Source: Candidatus Uhrbacteria bacterium
GTDB taxonomy: Bacteria; Patescibacteriota; Patescibacteriia; UBA9934
DNA: 64,000 nt
Assembly: GCA_963822405.1 (NCBI GenBank)
Contig: CAWGHH010000004.1
Coordinates: forward strand, 6,226-70,225
Direction: 5' to 3'
Under the pieces are notes generated by a model that searched no databases, had not been told where the DNA came from, and was given only the letters and a program-made list of their open reading frames with translations. The position numbers were made by a program, and so were the translations under genes. Position 1 is the stretch's first letter; each line of letters opens with the position of its first letter. This document shows, in pieces, positions 1-11,074 of the stretch.

Positions 1-401
1 CTGTAGACTGAGGCAAAACGAATATACGCTACCTTATCAAAAGTTTTTAAACGCTTCATGACGATCTCGCCTATCTCTGCACTAGTTAGCTCTCCCCCTC
101 TAATTTTTTGGATATCGCGCTCAATAGAATGCACCAAATGCTGCAGCTGAATATCCGTGTAAGGCCGCTTTTGCAAGGCCTGTTTAAGTCCGCTGATTAG
201 CTTTTCGCGCGAGTACGCTTCACGCTTGCCGTTCCGTTTCACTACAGTTACGTCGAGTAGCTCAATTTCTTCAACGGTGGAAAACCTAAAACCGCACTTC
301 TCTTTTTCGCATTCTCGACGACGCCTAACTCCCTGGCCATCAGACAGCAACCGCGAATCAACAACGCGGGTAGATTTAAAATTGCAGACAGGACAACGCA
401 T
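1..401 (-). CDS. nrdR: Transcriptional repressor NrdR (Zn-ribbon + ATP-cone), 3'-partial at window edge
   Basis: Manual translation of the minus strand from ATG at 401: MRCPVCNFKSTRVVDSRLLSDGQGVRRRRECEKEKCGFRFSTVEEIELLDVTVVKRNGKREAYSREKLISGLKQAL...GELTSAEIGEIVMKRLKTFDKVAYIRFASVY. This matches the NrdR CxxC...CxxC Zn ribbon and the ATP-cone ...VAYIRFASVY motif. It is absent from the ORF track because it runs off the edge. Confidence 0.85.
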   Translation of the reverse strand, partial: MRCPVCNFKSTRVVDSRLLSDGQGVRRRRECEKEKCGFRFSTVEEIELLDVTVVKRNGKREAYSREKLISGLKQALQKRPYTDIQLQHLVHSIERDIQKIRGGELTSAEIGEIVMKRLKTFDKVAYIRFASVY

Positions 402-405
402 AGCC

Positions 406-1722
406 CTACATCATCTTCCGGCGAATAAACGCTGGAATACCAAACTCGCCGTCATCATCTTTAGAAGCAGATTGGGATTGCTGTGGTGGTGGCGTAGAAG
501 GAGAAACTCTATTCTGCTGAGAAACTGGAGAAGGATTGAATGTTGGAACTGAAGGTTCAGCGGGAGGTTCAGAAGGGGTAAATTGAGAAACTGGCCGTCT
601 GCCAAAGGGCGAAGGCATCTCTTGCTTCTGAACAGGCTCTGGTGGCGGATTAAATGGCGCAGGCGGTGGCGTATAGCGACGTACCGGCTCTTGCTCTGCT
701 TGAGGACGCCAACCGGATTTAGGAGCAATGCCGATCTCTCCGCCCAAACTAGGCGCACGACGGTGATCTCGACTATCAAAACCGGTAGCAATGACCGTGA
801 TTCGAACCTCGTCTCCGAGAGTATCATCCTGAATAATACCGAAAATAACTTTTGCGTCATCATCAGCTGAACCAGTGATGATCTTAGCCGCCTCCTGCAC
901 CTCAAACATAGTGACATCAGCTGAACCTGCCACAGTAAACAAAATACCTTTAGCGCCATCAATCGAAACTTCAAGTAGGGGGCTGGCAATAGCCTGCTTA
1001 GCCGCGTCAACGGCTCTTGATTCACCAGACGCCCGACCAATACCCATGAGCGCGCTCCCAGCATTCTGCATGATCGCCTTCACGTCAGCAAAGTCTACGT
1101 TGATTTGACCAGGCACGGTAATCATTTCGGCAATTCCCTGAACGCCCTGTCTTAGTACGTCATCAATAATTCTAAATGATTCAGCCCATGACGTTTTCTT
1201 ATCGATCACCTGTAACACTCGATCATTGGGAATAGTAATAATGGTGTCTACGTGTTGAGCGAGCTCAGCGTGAGCGTCCTCCGCAATCCGTCTACGCTGC
1301 GCACCCTCAAACGTAAACGGCTTAGTTACAACCGCCACCGTCAAAGCGCCGATCTCTTTAGCAATTTTTGCAATGGCCGGCACAGCACCAGATCCTGTTC
1401 CGCCACCAAGTCCAGCAGTTAAGAAAATCATGTCAGCTCCGGCCAGCGCATCCCGAATTTCATTTGCGTTTTCTTCAACTGCACGTCTGCCCATGTCAGG
1501 ATTCATTCCAGCGCCTAGACCGCGAGTCACCGTCTTACCAATTGGAATTTTTAACGAAGCAAGGCTACCGTGAAGTGCTTGGGCATCCGTGTTTACCGCT
1601 AAAAACTCAATACCACGGATTTTCTCCGTGATCATACGATTAATGGCCGAGCCTCCCCCTCCCCCTACTCCGACCACTTTAATTTTGGCACAAGTTTCTA
1701 TTTCTGGCTTAAACTCGGCCAT
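406..1722 (-). CDS. ftsZ: Cell division GTPase FtsZ
   Basis: 438 aa. Tubulin signature GGGTGSG, N-terminal VVGVGGGGGSAINRM, and a Pro-rich C-terminal linker. Confidence 0.97.
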   Translation of the reverse strand: MAEFKPEIETCAKIKVVGVGGGGGSAINRMITEKIRGIEFLAVNTDAQALHGSLASLKIPIGKTVTRGLGAGMNPDMGRRAVEENANEIRDALAGADMIFLTAGLGGGTGSGAVPAIAKIAKEIGALTVAVVTKPFTFEGAQRRRIAEDAHAELAQHVDTIITIPNDRVLQVIDKKTSWAESFRIIDDVLRQGVQGIAEMITVPGQINVDFADVKAIMQNAGSALMGIGRASGESRAVDAAKQAIASPLLEVSIDGAKGILFTVAGSADVTMFEVQEAAKIITGSADDDAKVIFGIIQDDTLGDEVRITVIATGFDSRDHRRAPSLGGEIGIAPKSGWRPQAEQEPVRRYTPPPAPFNPPPEPVQKQEMPSPFGRRPVSQFTPSEPPAEPSVPTFNPSPVSQQNRVSPSTPPPQQSQSASKDDDGEFGIPAFIRRKMM

Positions 1723-1804
1723 ACGCGGTAGATGTTGAACACCAAGTGTGTTCAGGCTATTCCTTCAATGAATACGTTTTGTATTCTACCGTATAGTACA
1801 CCAT

Positions 1805-3070
1805 CTAAGGAATCAAGGATTTCATCCACTTTCTGAGTTGGCCGGCCACTTTATCCATGCTTTTCAAAGGAATCATCTTCCCGAAGTCAAACTTGCCCCC
1901 GGATACCTGTCTAATGCCGTACCCCCAGGATGCCAAGCCTATAGCCGTAGCAAAAGCCGGATCCTGGACTTCATCAATCACGCTCGTCACGCTCACCGGG
2001 GTACCAACCGCACAAGGAAGTCTGAGCGTTCTCTTAGCTACTTCTATTGCCCCCGGCGTTTTCATCACTCCTCCAGTGAAAACTACGCCGACCGGTAGCA
2101 TTCCAGAACGATCGATTTTTCTCAGCTCGTTATCAATAGCCTCAAAAATCTCTTCCATTCTGGCCTCAATTATTTCCGCTACAAATTTAATCTTCACCTC
2201 ATCATCAGCCTCGGCCCCAAAATCACGTAAAATAAATTGTTCTTTCCTATCTACCGAATCAGGTAATGCGTTTCCGTAGGTAACTTTTACTTGCTCGGCT
2301 ATATCAATAGAAGTTCGCAAGCCAATAGCGATATCATTTGTCACATGATCTCCACCAAGCGGAAGGACGGCCGTGTGCAGTAAATCCCCTTCTTCAAAAA
2401 CAGCCAATGAAGTGGTGGCCGAACCAACAGTCACCAAACACACTCCAAGCTCCTTTTGCCGCTGTGTAAGCACTGCTTCCGCGGTAGCAAGAGGAGCGTA
2501 GACCAAATCTTCAATATCCAACCCCGTGCGATAAACACACTTGGTCAAATTCTTCATGTGCGAATTAAGCGCCTCGATAATTACCGCGTCGACTTCAAGA
2601 CGAATACCTGACATGCCAACTGGATCCTTAATCCCCCGCTGACCGTCAACCGCAAAGCCCTTAGGAATCACGTGCAAAATTTCGTAATTTGACGGAACGG
2701 CAACAGTTCTAGCCGCTTCCATGGAACGTTCAACATCACCCTCGGAAATTTCACCCTCTGGACGAGCCACAGCCACTGCGCCACGACTTTCCTGGACCAA
2801 AATGCTCTGCCCAGCAATAGATACCCAAACATTATTCACCCCAATTCCAGTCATGCGTTCTGACTTTTCAAGGGCTTTGGAAACAGCCGAAACAGCGTCC
2901 TCCATACTAGAAACAGCACCGCGGTGCATGCCCGCAGACGGTGAAGAAACCGCTCCTACAACGTGTAGGGCCGGTTTGCCATCTTCTCCTGGGGAAACCT
3001 TACAAATAGCAATACGAATGGAGGAGGTTCCGATGTCCAAGCCCGTGATAATCTCATCGGCCATAGCCAA
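1805..3070 (-). CDS. ftsA: Cell division protein FtsA (actin-like ATPase)
   Basis: 421 aa. N-terminal GLDIGTSSIRIAI phosphate-1 motif. Sits immediately upstream of ftsZ in the canonical order. Confidence 0.93.
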   Translation of the reverse strand: MAMADEIITGLDIGTSSIRIAICKVSPGEDGKPALHVVGAVSSPSAGMHRGAVSSMEDAVSAVSKALEKSERMTGIGVNNVWVSIAGQSILVQESRGAVAVARPEGEISEGDVERSMEAARTVAVPSNYEILHVIPKGFAVDGQRGIKDPVGMSGIRLEVDAVIIEALNSHMKNLTKCVYRTGLDIEDLVYAPLATAEAVLTQRQKELGVCLVTVGSATTSLAVFEEGDLLHTAVLPLGGDHVTNDIAIGLRTSIDIAEQVKVTYGNALPDSVDRKEQFILRDFGAEADDEVKIKFVAEIIEARMEEIFEAIDNELRKIDRSGMLPVGVVFTGGVMKTPGAIEVAKRTLRLPCAVGTPVSVTSVIDEVQDPAFATAIGLASWGYGIRQVSGGKFDFGKMIPLKSMDKVAGQLRKWMKSLIP

Positions 3071-3095
3071 AAAATGGAAGCGTACTGGAGCGTGC

Positions 3096-3488
3096 TTAGA
3101 GCTTACAGTAATGAATTATAGCACAGACTTTTTCCAAGACTGGGAGATACAAAATAGCTATCCCAACAATGAGTGCCGTCAAAGCGGTTATCAGGACCGC
3201 CCCCGCCATCATATCCTTCACATCCTTCACCATTGGACTTAATCGAGGCTGAACCGCGTCAGCTACTCGCTCAATAATGCTGTTAATAATTTCAAGGACG
3301 AGAACTGCCGAACAAAGAAGAATAAGCAAAATACGTTGCCAGGCAGCCAAGTCAAGAGTCAGCATCAGGACCACGACCACGAACGTTGCCAACACCTGGA
3401 TACGGAAGCTCTGCTCCGAATGAAAAAGCTCAGCCAAACCCTGGAGAGCGTGGCGCAGACTCCTAAAAAATGAGCGGGGTGAAATCAT
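3096..3488 (-). CDS. dgkA: Diacylglycerol/undecaprenol kinase (DgkA family) membrane protein
   Basis: 130 aa, three TM helices. Has the EIINSIIERVAD motif, which is DgkA-like (ExxNSAIE). Overlaps ybeY by 4 nt. Confidence 0.75.
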   Translation of the reverse strand: MISPRSFFRSLRHALQGLAELFHSEQSFRIQVLATFVVVVLMLTLDLAAWQRILLILLCSAVLVLEIINSIIERVADAVQPRLSPMVKDVKDMMAGAVLITALTALIVGIAILYLPVLEKVCAIIHYCKL

Positions 3489-3910
3489 AGGACAGTGGCC
3501 ACAATTTTATCTTGTAAAGGAAACATCTCATCAGCGTCTTCCGCCTTTTCATGATCGTAACCGAGCACGTGAAGGATCCCGTGAACCAAGAGATCTGTCA
3601 GTTCAAGTTCAAGATCTTCATCCTCCGCCTGTCTAACTGCCTGTGGAAACGAAATAATGACATCGCCAAGATACCCAGACCTATCCCCGTCCGGCGAACC
3701 GAACGATAAAACATCCGTAATCTTATCCTTCTTTCTATACATCCTGTTTAGTCGACGAATCTCGGCATCGTCAACAAAACTTATAGAAACTATTCCTGTT
3801 GTTTCTTCTCGCAAGGCAACGTCAAGTGCCTTAGCAATCTTAAGAAGTGCGGCCTTAGTAAACCGGCTTCCCTTTGGCACTAAATCTTGTTGGCAATCAA
3901 ACGTGATCAT
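3485..3910 (-). CDS. ybeY: rRNA maturation endoribonuclease YbeY
   Basis: 141 aa. Conserved HGILHVLGYDHE zinc-binding motif of the YbeY/UPF0054 family. Confidence 0.93.
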   Translation of the reverse strand: MITFDCQQDLVPKGSRFTKAALLKIAKALDVALREETTGIVSISFVDDAEIRRLNRMYRKKDKITDVLSFGSPDGDRSGYLGDVIISFPQAVRQAEDEDLELELTDLLVHGILHVLGYDHEKAEDADEMFPLQDKIVATVL

Positions 3911-4884
3911 GGGAGAAGATTTAAACCATTGAGCATCATCTGGAAGGTGGTCAGGAATTCAATGGTTTTTTCATCCCCAAGGTCATAAGTCAAAGTAAAT
4001 ACATTACTACCTCCGTCAACATAAGCAATCCGCTGATCCCGACGAGCCATTGCTAGCAAACCCTCAGTGGTATATGTGGTCTCTAGTTGTTGAGAATTTT
4101 CGTTCGGCACGTTTTGCTGATACCAAGTTTCTAAACTCTGCGTGGAATCTTTTGGTGTAACAGTAATAATAATAGCGGCAGTAGTTGGAGAACGGAAAGT
4201 TACCTTAGCAGTTGTCGAGTCTGCTACTGGCGTCCAAGCAGACGGGTAATAAATAGTAAACGGCAGATCGGTGCCCTGGAATACTCGAACCGCGCCGGTA
4301 TCGAGCAGTGTCAACGGAGCGGGACCGTTCGGATTGTACCGGTGGAATACCTCATTCCCGTCCAAGAACGTATCGCCATCTGTATCTGGATTTCGGTAAT
4401 CTGTCCCGTATAAAAGTTCCTCAATATCAGTCAAACCATCCGAGTCAGTATCCTTACCAGGCTGAGGCTCTAAAACCACCGGAATCGGTGTCGGAGTTGG
4501 TTCAGGAATTGGTTCAGGAACAGGTGTCGGAGCAACTACCGGGACCGGCATGAAGTAGAGATAATAAACCGTTCCCGCGCTGCCAAGTGCCAGGACAAAA
4601 AGAAGCAGAAATAAGAAAAGTAATACTCTAAACTTCTTTTTTGGCGGTGGAGTTATCGTGGCGGGCTTTGGAGGAATTGGTGCTGGGGCAACTACCGGCA
4701 GAGGGATTGGAGCGGGTACAGGTACCGGCACTGGAATTGGCACCACGGAGCCCGGCACGGGCACCGTGGACGACAAAGCCTTCCCCACAAACTCTTTTGG
4801 CATGACATGAATAACCATGTCGTCAGTTTTTATTGACGGCACCAAATTGCTTGTAGGTTGCTGTTCCTCTTTTTTTCCGAACAT
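3907..4884 (-). CDS. Bitopic membrane protein with Pro-rich N-terminus and C-proximal DxDxDG (thrombospondin type-3-like) Ca-binding repeats; paralog 1 of 3
   Basis: 325 aa. PVPVPVPAPIPLPVVAPAPIPP tract, one TM (FRVLLFLFLLLFVLALG), then DTDSDGLTDIEELLYGTDYRNPDTDGDTFLDGNEV and ...YNPNGP. Confidence 0.7.
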   Translation of the reverse strand: MFGKKEEQQPTSNLVPSIKTDDMVIHVMPKEFVGKALSSTVPVPGSVVPIPVPVPVPAPIPLPVVAPAPIPPKPATITPPPKKKFRVLLFLFLLLFVLALGSAGTVYYLYFMPVPVVAPTPVPEPIPEPTPTPIPVVLEPQPGKDTDSDGLTDIEELLYGTDYRNPDTDGDTFLDGNEVFHRYNPNGPAPLTLLDTGAVRVFQGTDLPFTIYYPSAWTPVADSTTAKVTFRSPTTAAIIITVTPKDSTQSLETWYQQNVPNENSQQLETTYTTEGLLAMARRDQRIAYVDGGSNVFTLTYDLGDEKTIEFLTTFQMMLNGLNLLP

Positions 4885-4887
4885 ATT

Positions 4888-5598
4888 TTACGGAGTAGTT
4901 GGTATCTGCAAAAGCTTTCCTGGTCCATTTGGGTTATAGCCGCCCTGAACTTCGGCTCCGTCTAAGAATCCATCGCCGTCAGTATCTGTTCGGAGAGGAT
5001 CAGTACCGTACACTTTGACCTCCTCCCTATCACCAAGGCCGTCTCCGTCCGTATCCGGATTTGTAGACGAAGTTCCAGCTGACAGCTCATCAGCGTTATT
5101 CAATCCGTCGCCGTCACTATCAAGGAATGTTGGATTCAAGTTAGGTGGCGTCAATGTTTCAACTGTTCCAGGAACAGCGGGAACCACAGGCGTTGGAGTT
5201 GCTACCGGAGTCTCAACTGGCGGTACAACCGCCGGGGTCTCCGGAGTTACTACTGGCGCCTGCGTAACAACTGGCGCAACACTAACGCTCATGATCGGCT
5301 TGATCATCAGCGCGTAAGCAGCATATGCGCCCCCAGCAACAACCACTATAGCGACAATGATAATAACAATGTTACGAACTAAATTGGGATGTGGCGTAGA
5401 TTCTGAACCCCCTCCGACTCCCCCTGAAAGGGGGAGAGGCGACGCCACAGACTGCGTCGCAGTAGCCACCGGAGCCACAGCTGGTGCCAACTTTGGCGGA
5501 GGCGCAATAGAAGCGCGCTCAACAATACTTGGCTGAGCAGGTACTGCTGGTGGCTTATCCGTGCCAGCAAAAATGTCTTGTGGTTCTTGTTCGAACAT
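4888..5598 (-). CDS. Bitopic membrane protein with DxDxDG Ca-binding repeats; paralog 2 of 3
   Basis: 236 aa. Pro/Ala-rich N-terminus, TM (IVIIIVAIVVVAGGAYAAYAL), DSDGDGLNNADE...[14 protein letters not shown]...TDTDGDGFLDGAEV...YNPNGPG. Same C-terminal architecture as the 325-aa neighbour. Confidence 0.7.
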   Translation of the reverse strand: MFEQEPQDIFAGTDKPPAVPAQPSIVERASIAPPPKLAPAVAPVATATQSVASPLPLSGGVGGGSESTPHPNLVRNIVIIIVAIVVVAGGAYAAYALMIKPIMSVSVAPVVTQAPVVTPETPAVVPPVETPVATPTPVVPAVPGTVETLTPPNLNPTFLDSDGDGLNNADELSAGTSSTNPDTDGDGLGDREEVKVYGTDPLRTDTDGDGFLDGAEVQGGYNPNGPGKLLQIPTTP

Positions 5599-5619
5599 AG
5601 TGTGAAGAATATAAAACTC

Positions 5620-6468
5620 TTATTTCTTTAATGGATCGTGTCCGCTCGCCACCTCCGCCCCATCAGTATACCCGTCACCATCGGTGTCGGGATTTTGGTC
5701 AGAGGTTCCAAGGACGTGCTCTTCAGCTAATGTTAAACCGTCACCGTCAGCATCAGTAGCATTAAAGATATCGTGACAGCCAGCTATAGCATCCGACGGA
5801 AGTGCATCACAGGATGCGGGATTACCGGTAGCTATAGCCGTGTCGAGCAACTTTTTAGCATCACAGAATTCTATAGGCACACCATGACTGGCGCAATCAC
5901 CCAACCTGGCAGCGACCGAGCTAATCACTCCCCTACACGACGCGAGAAGAGTCGAGTCCGAGATAGCATCACACGCTTTGTAGTCTATTTTTGCCGATGC
6001 CATTACCAGTGTAGCGCCATCCGAACAGGCTTGCTTTTCTGCACCCGACAAGACGTCGCAAATCAGAGGGTCTGCATTGTCGGTCGCGATCAATGCCACG
6101 CAATTAGCATATTCACCGTCCGCTAAGCCCTTGCAGCCGTCAACAAATCCAACCTGTCGAGCAGCTCCAGATTGAGAAGTTCCGTTAGCTACCATCTCCT
6201 GCACGGCCGCTGTTTTTTCAACTATCACTTTTTTGGCTGCTGAGCTAGAACGAAGTGCGTTCGCCGCGAATACAACAACAAGCCCAACAACGACCATCAA
6301 TCCCAAAGCAGAAACCGCCATTATTACTAACTGTCGCTTCTTATACCAAGGAGTAAGCTTTGGAGTTGTCTCTTCAGGTGAAAGCGAATAGAACACCGGC
6401 TGAGCGACTGGTGGCTGAACGGGAGGTGTAGAGACAACCTGTGGCTGTTGGGGCGTCAGTTCTTCCAT
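5620..6468 (-). CDS. Bitopic Cys-rich membrane protein with C-terminal DxDxDG Ca-binding repeats; paralog 3 of 3
   Basis: 282 aa. Pro-rich N-terminus, TM ([21 protein letters not shown]), 12 Cys in the ectodomain, C-terminal [12 protein letters not shown]...[15 protein letters not shown]. Confidence 0.7.
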   Translation of the reverse strand: MEELTPQQPQVVSTPPVQPPVAQPVFYSLSPEETTPKLTPWYKKRQLVIMAVSALGLMVVVGLVVVFAANALRSSSAAKKVIVEKTAAVQEMVANGTSQSGAARQVGFVDGCKGLADGEYANCVALIATDNADPLICDVLSGAEKQACSDGATLVMASAKIDYKACDAISDSTLLASCRGVISSVAARLGDCASHGVPIEFCDAKKLLDTAIATGNPASCDALPSDAIAGCHDIFNATDADGDGLTLAEEHVLGTSDQNPDTDGDGYTDGAEVASGHDPLKK

Positions 6469-6469
6469 A

Positions 6470-9400
6470 CTACGGTGAACAATAGTTGATCTTCACGTCA
6501 GAAAGCTTCACCTGTCCAGTACCTCTAAAAGTAACCTGGATCGGAATCTGCTTAGTGGTCGAACCATCACACTTAAAGCCAGAAGGCCAAGGCAATGTCT
6601 GACTAGAACCACCACGAAGTGCCACCGAATCTTGGTGAGCACCAGCAGAATCTGTGCTTAATAATCGGACGGTCACGCCAACAATTGAATTAATTACTCT
6701 TTCGTACGCGGTTCTGAGCTCTACCGCAGTATTTGCAGCGTAAGAATAATCGATACCTGTAGAACTACTATATTCGGTGCCCGTATTGCTCGACCACTGG
6801 TTCATGTGCGAAATAAATTTAGAACTAGAAGACAGCGCGATCGTATAAAGCTCGTAATCATCAAGCTTATCCGCTTGAGTATTTGCCCCCTTTAATGACC
6901 AAGAGGAAGTATTGGCGTTACAATCCCCACTCGTATAAGCGTTTCCAAGACTATCCATTCCACAAAATCCTGATGTAGTTGGGGTAGGCGCTACATCAGA
7001 CAAGAGAACAACTATTTTTCTCACGGTTGGAGAAAGTGGCGAAGTGACAGTGTCAAGTAAAGTTTTCGCCGCCAATAGACCCTGACCAATATCTGAACCG
7101 CTAATTACCGTGTAACCGTTTATTCTGGTTGTCAAAGTTGATTCACCTGTTTGATCAAGCATAGCTGACTGAGAGGTCGTATCGCCGAATTCAACTAATC
7201 CAACGTGCGCCTTAGCCGCCAACTCGCTAAAAAGAGTTGACACCGAACCCTTGAGAGAATCCTGCGTGGAACTTAACTTAGTGGTAGTCGTACCGCCAAA
7301 CACACTTCCCATCGAAGCCGCGCGAGTCGTCACAAAAACCACATACGCGTCAGGAAAAACAATATTGTCCAGAGATATACTACCAGAGAACCTTCCTGAA
7401 ACCGTACATGCAGGAACAGTGATGATGGTTGCGTTTGGTAAAGTTGAGGTCGAAGCTGCATCGTATGAATATAAATCTACACTCGAGCTTGGACGAGAAC
7501 CGGGCTGATTAGCTGTCATGAGTAGACTCGAATCAGAAAGTGATAATGGACAAGAGGAAGCGCATGATGCTGAACATTTAGGCTTCACACATTCGTAACT
7601 GAGACCAGCGGACTGGTCCTCACAATCAGCAACGTCTCCATAATAATGAGATAAAGTGATGTAGCTAGCCGTACACTTCTTTCCATTTCTCGGACCTCCG
7701 TTACAAACGCCGACATCGCTGCAAGTCGAACCGGCATCCACGACCGTAGTTGTCACGCTAGAAGACCTGATTAAGAGACATTTTGTCGGAGTCTTTGGCA
7801 ATGTTCCAGTGAACGCAGGACAGAATTCGCCAAAACTATTGCAGGAAGAATTGCCACCATCAAGATTATAGGCCGCGCATACAAATTGATTATTGCTGTT
7901 TTGTACACACTTGACCTTACCGCCAGCATTTTTGATAGCACCTGTAGCTTGACCGCAACTAGTGTCACCAAAGCCACTGCAAGTTTGTGTTGTAGCTATG
8001 CCACAGTCAAACGAATCACTAACCGTTGTAACTTGATGAGAGCTAGTTATCAGCTGCTGACCCAATGAGCTACAAGTGCCTGAAGTCGTATCTGTTTCTG
8101 CGTCGTAGAAGGTGTAGGGAACGTCAGTACCGTCGCAATATTCAGTCCCGTTCTTCACGCCGTCGCCACAGAAAGCGCCAGATGAAACCACATTTCGACA
8201 AGTAGTCGAACAGGCGCTACAGGTTGAGCCGTAAGACGAACTGCATGATCCGCCGTTTTGTACGCCAAGGTCACATTCTTCGGCAACTGGGTTCAAGGCA
8301 CCGTCGCCACAGACGTTCAACTTACAAGAAGAGGTACAGGCATCAGTGTCGTTCAAATTTCCATCGTCGCAGGTTTCGGCTCCCTCAATTTTTCCGTTTC
8401 CACAGGAAGGAAGATTAGTAGCGGAACAGTCAGTCGAAACGGTTGATAGCTGACAGGTTCCCGAACAAGTCTGGAACTTACTTGTAGGGTACATCTGAAC
8501 ACTGCACTTACCGCTCGTGCCACACATGCTATCTATAGTACAAATTTTTCCAAGTTTATCTATATCTCCTTTTTCACAAACCCGAGACGGCACGCACAGT
8601 GCGTCGGAAATGATTTTAACCTCTCCAACCTCACACTGTTCGTCGCTGTCTAGGTGCTTGTCGCCACAGTAAGGTGCAGGTCCAGAGCAATCCCAAGCAC
8701 AAGAAGTAGTGGCGTTAGATTGATAGACGCCATTTATTGCGCCACACGTTCCACCGCCAAAAGCTCTTCGGCCAACAAGAGGCGGCGTATTTCCACAGTC
8801 ACACTTTTCACTACCGGCCAACGAACCATCGCCGCAAGAAAAGCCGCTAGCCCTGGTACAATCCGCACCACAGAATCCATATGAGCCGTTCTTTGAACCA
8901 TCATCGCACTGCTCTATACCGTCCTTCACACCGTTACCACAAGTAGCGGCAACACAAGCTGCCTGCGTGTTATCCACAAAACCAGTACAAGAAGAATTAC
9001 AAATCTGTTTCCGGAAACCATCCATTATTCCGTCAGCGTTCCCGTCACAGGCCACTTCAGTCCCGCCAATCGAACCAACCTCGCAAACTTCTCCAGAACC
9101 AATTACGCCATCGCCACAGGTTGTCGAAGTGCCGAGAACCGTGTTCTGACAAACGTCGCCGGTGCTGAATCCACCAGTCGAACTATTTGCTCGACCAACA
9201 GTGATCTGCACGCCGTCTTGCAAGCCATCAGCATCAATCGAATTCGCCCAAGCCCCAGCAAATTCTAGATCAGCGTTAATCAACGTCGAGCTGTTTCCGT
9301 TCGCCAAGTACTGATAAACATGAGAACCAGCTGGACAAGTGTATGTGCCTTTAGTGGTGTCTACGCAAGTTGTCTTGTCATAACTAACAAGCGAGCTACC

Positions 9401-11074
9401 AACAACTCCACAGCCCGCAAAAGAATTCAATGGATCGGCCGGTAATTCTTTTGTACCAAGCGCACCACCAAGTATATCTGCCCAGCTTGGCCAAGTACTA
9501 GCGGCTACGTTTCTGACAAATGTACCAGCGGCTAATTCAGGAACGATTGGCGAACAGGATTCACCAAGCGGACATTCGGCACTTGTAGAACAAAGCTTTG
9601 AACGCGTTCCCGAGCAAACGCTATTTTCAGTGCTATAAGTTTTTACAGCCGAACGAATATCCGTCAGATCAGACAGGCGACGTACATCACGACGCACCTT
9701 TGCCTTAGTAGAAAGACAAACCGCACCAGGAGCGGCCGAAACACAATCAGCATCTGACGAACAGGTCTTATCCGTCAATGTTCCGTTAGCCAAACAGACT
9801 GTGTCATTTCCAAGATCTATGGCAAAGGAAATATTTCCAAGCATTAAATCAAATATTTTTTGAGCCGAGGCACTTGCTCCGTCGTTATACGATAAAACGT
9901 AAATATTGGAGTATAGCTTTCCGCCGCTATAATTAGAGGCTGAGACATAAACTGTTCGACCATCACGAACTGCCTCAAAACCGTCTACAGTTGTGTTTAC
10001 CGGACTACCCTTGAAGTTCTGCGCGTCATACCAAGCACGCGGCGAAAGGTAGCCAGGGTTGCTGACAATTCTTACGCCAATAGCATCACCAGAGTTATCA
10101 CCGATTTCAAACAAATACTGCTTAAGAATGTTCGTCGTTCCGCCTACTGGTGCCCGAACCGGCGTCACCGAAGGCAAGTCGTCAGTCAGGCCGACAGCTC
10201 CCTGATCTCGACAGAAATACGTAGAGAAATTCATCCAGCCATTTCCCTCTGAAGCCAATCCTTGAGCTCCACCAGTAGCATTGTCCTGCCATGGGAATTT
10301 AGACAATGTTGGCCAAGGATTTTCACAAAGAAGGGCCGTAACCTGAGCCGATCCCTTAGTCTTTTTATCTTTTGTTCCGCCAAGTGTATCCGCAGTGATA
10401 ATGGCCTCGGCCAGAATAGTTGTCTGACCGTTCTTACCAACAGTAGCGATACTCGCGGTGCTGTGATCAACACTGCTCTGTAGGGCAGTAAATAAAGCAG
10501 CATCACCGCTCACCCACTTGTCATAATCCCAAGCGTACACGTTTACAATCGGCACAATTTCTTGCGGGCCAGTAGCGGAATGAGAAACCGCCTTCGCTAC
10601 AAAGTTATGCATCTGATCTCCACGAGTAAAGAGATATGGACTGGTTTTATCAGTGTCTGAAATCTGAACCGCATCGAGAGCACAAAGTGATGGGCCAGTA
10701 GTGAAAGTAGAGGAAGTGACACCGCCCAAAGCAACGCCAGATGCCGCAGCTATTCCGGTTACTGACGAGTCGTTCACGTTCGTGTCACCCTCGACGACTA
10801 AGGTGTACTTAGCATTTGGCTCAAGTGCTTTTGCGTACTTCAAGTAAACTTTGTAAGTGCCATCATCCTGTGCAACCTGCGAGTATCCAGTCACCGGCAA
10901 CAAACACTTGGCGCCAACATTCGGCGCAGCTGAGGCAGACGCGCCCATGAAGAACCGAACGATCGAGTTTTTGACTAACGCGAAGAATCCCTTTGGATCA
11001 TGCGAAAGGGCAACCTGATAGCCACTTGGGCAAGTCATGTTCGGAGATACTGGTTCGAGCTGGCCCAGGACCAA
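6470..11074 (-). CDS. Giant (>=1534 aa) secreted Cys-rich repeat protein with C-terminal vWA-like domain; start uncertain (may be fused to the upstream giant ORF)
   Basis: Long ORF. Multiple C-x-CGDG/CGNG...E-CDDG...C repeats (e.g. [29 protein letters not shown]; [28 protein letters not shown]) of the Myxococcus-type cysteine-rich-repeat kind. C-terminal region resembles a vWA fold (AYVVFVTT...[10 protein letters not shown]). The 5' end overlaps the upstream ORF by about 77 to 100 nt in another frame and the tracked start is TTG. Confidence 0.7.
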   Translation of the reverse strand: MVLGQLEPVSPNMTCPSGYQVALSHDPKGFFALVKNSIVRFFMGASASAAPNVGAKCLLPVTGYSQVAQDDGTYKVYLKYAKALEPNAKYTLVVEGDTNVNDSSVTGIAAASGVALGGVTSSTFTTGPSLCALDAVQISDTDKTSPYLFTRGDQMHNFVAKAVSHSATGPQEIVPIVNVYAWDYDKWVSGDAALFTALQSSVDHSTASIATVGKNGQTTILAEAIITADTLGGTKDKKTKGSAQVTALLCENPWPTLSKFPWQDNATGGAQGLASEGNGWMNFSTYFCRDQGAVGLTDDLPSVTPVRAPVGGTTNILKQYLFEIGDNSGDAIGVRIVSNPGYLSPRAWYDAQNFKGSPVNTTVDGFEAVRDGRTVYVSASNYSGGKLYSNIYVLSYNDGASASAQKIFDLMLGNISFAIDLGNDTVCLANGTLTDKTCSSDADCVSAAPGAVCLSTKAKVRRDVRRLSDLTDIRSAVKTYSTENSVCSGTRSKLCSTSAECPLGESCSPIVPELAAGTFVRNVAASTWPSWADILGGALGTKELPADPLNSFAGCGVVGSSLVSYDKTTCVDTTKGTYTCPAGSHVYQYLANGNSSTLINADLEFAGAWANSIDADGLQDGVQITVGRANSSTGGFSTGDVCQNTVLGTSTTCGDGVIGSGEVCEVGSIGGTEVACDGNADGIMDGFRKQICNSSCTGFVDNTQAACVAATCGNGVKDGIEQCDDGSKNGSYGFCGADCTRASGFSCGDGSLAGSEKCDCGNTPPLVGRRAFGGGTCGAINGVYQSNATTSCAWDCSGPAPYCGDKHLDSDEQCEVGEVKIISDALCVPSRVCEKGDIDKLGKICTIDSMCGTSGKCSVQMYPTSKFQTCSGTCQLSTVSTDCSATNLPSCGNGKIEGAETCDDGNLNDTDACTSSCKLNVCGDGALNPVAEECDLGVQNGGSCSSSYGSTCSACSTTCRNVVSSGAFCGDGVKNGTEYCDGTDVPYTFYDAETDTTSGTCSSLGQQLITSSHQVTTVSDSFDCGIATTQTCSGFGDTSCGQATGAIKNAGGKVKCVQNSNNQFVCAAYNLDGGNSSCNSFGEFCPAFTGTLPKTPTKCLLIRSSSVTTTVVDAGSTCSDVGVCNGGPRNGKKCTASYITLSHYYGDVADCEDQSAGLSYECVKPKCSASCASSCPLSLSDSSLLMTANQPGSRPSSSVDLYSYDAASTSTLPNATIITVPACTVSGRFSGSISLDNIVFPDAYVVFVTTRAASMGSVFGGTTTTKLSSTQDSLKGSVSTLFSELAAKAHVGLVEFGDTTSQSAMLDQTGESTLTTRINGYTVISGSDIGQGLLAAKTLLDTVTSPLSPTVRKIVVLLSDVAPTPTTSGFCGMDSLGNAYTSGDCNANTSSWSLKGANTQADKLDDYELYTIALSSSSKFISHMNQWSSNTGTEYSSSTGIDYSYAANTAVELRTAYERVINSIVGVTVRLLSTDSAGAHQDSVALRGGSSQTLPWPSGFKCDGSTTKQIPIQVTFRGTGQVKLSDVKINYCSP

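Noticed and set aside
226-1108. Several 77 to 217-aa ORFs (226..552 +, 411..1064 -, 583..870 +, 875..1108 +) overlapping nrdR and ftsZ
   Set aside because: They overlap strongly supported nrdR and ftsZ coding sequence in other frames, and their composition is atypical.
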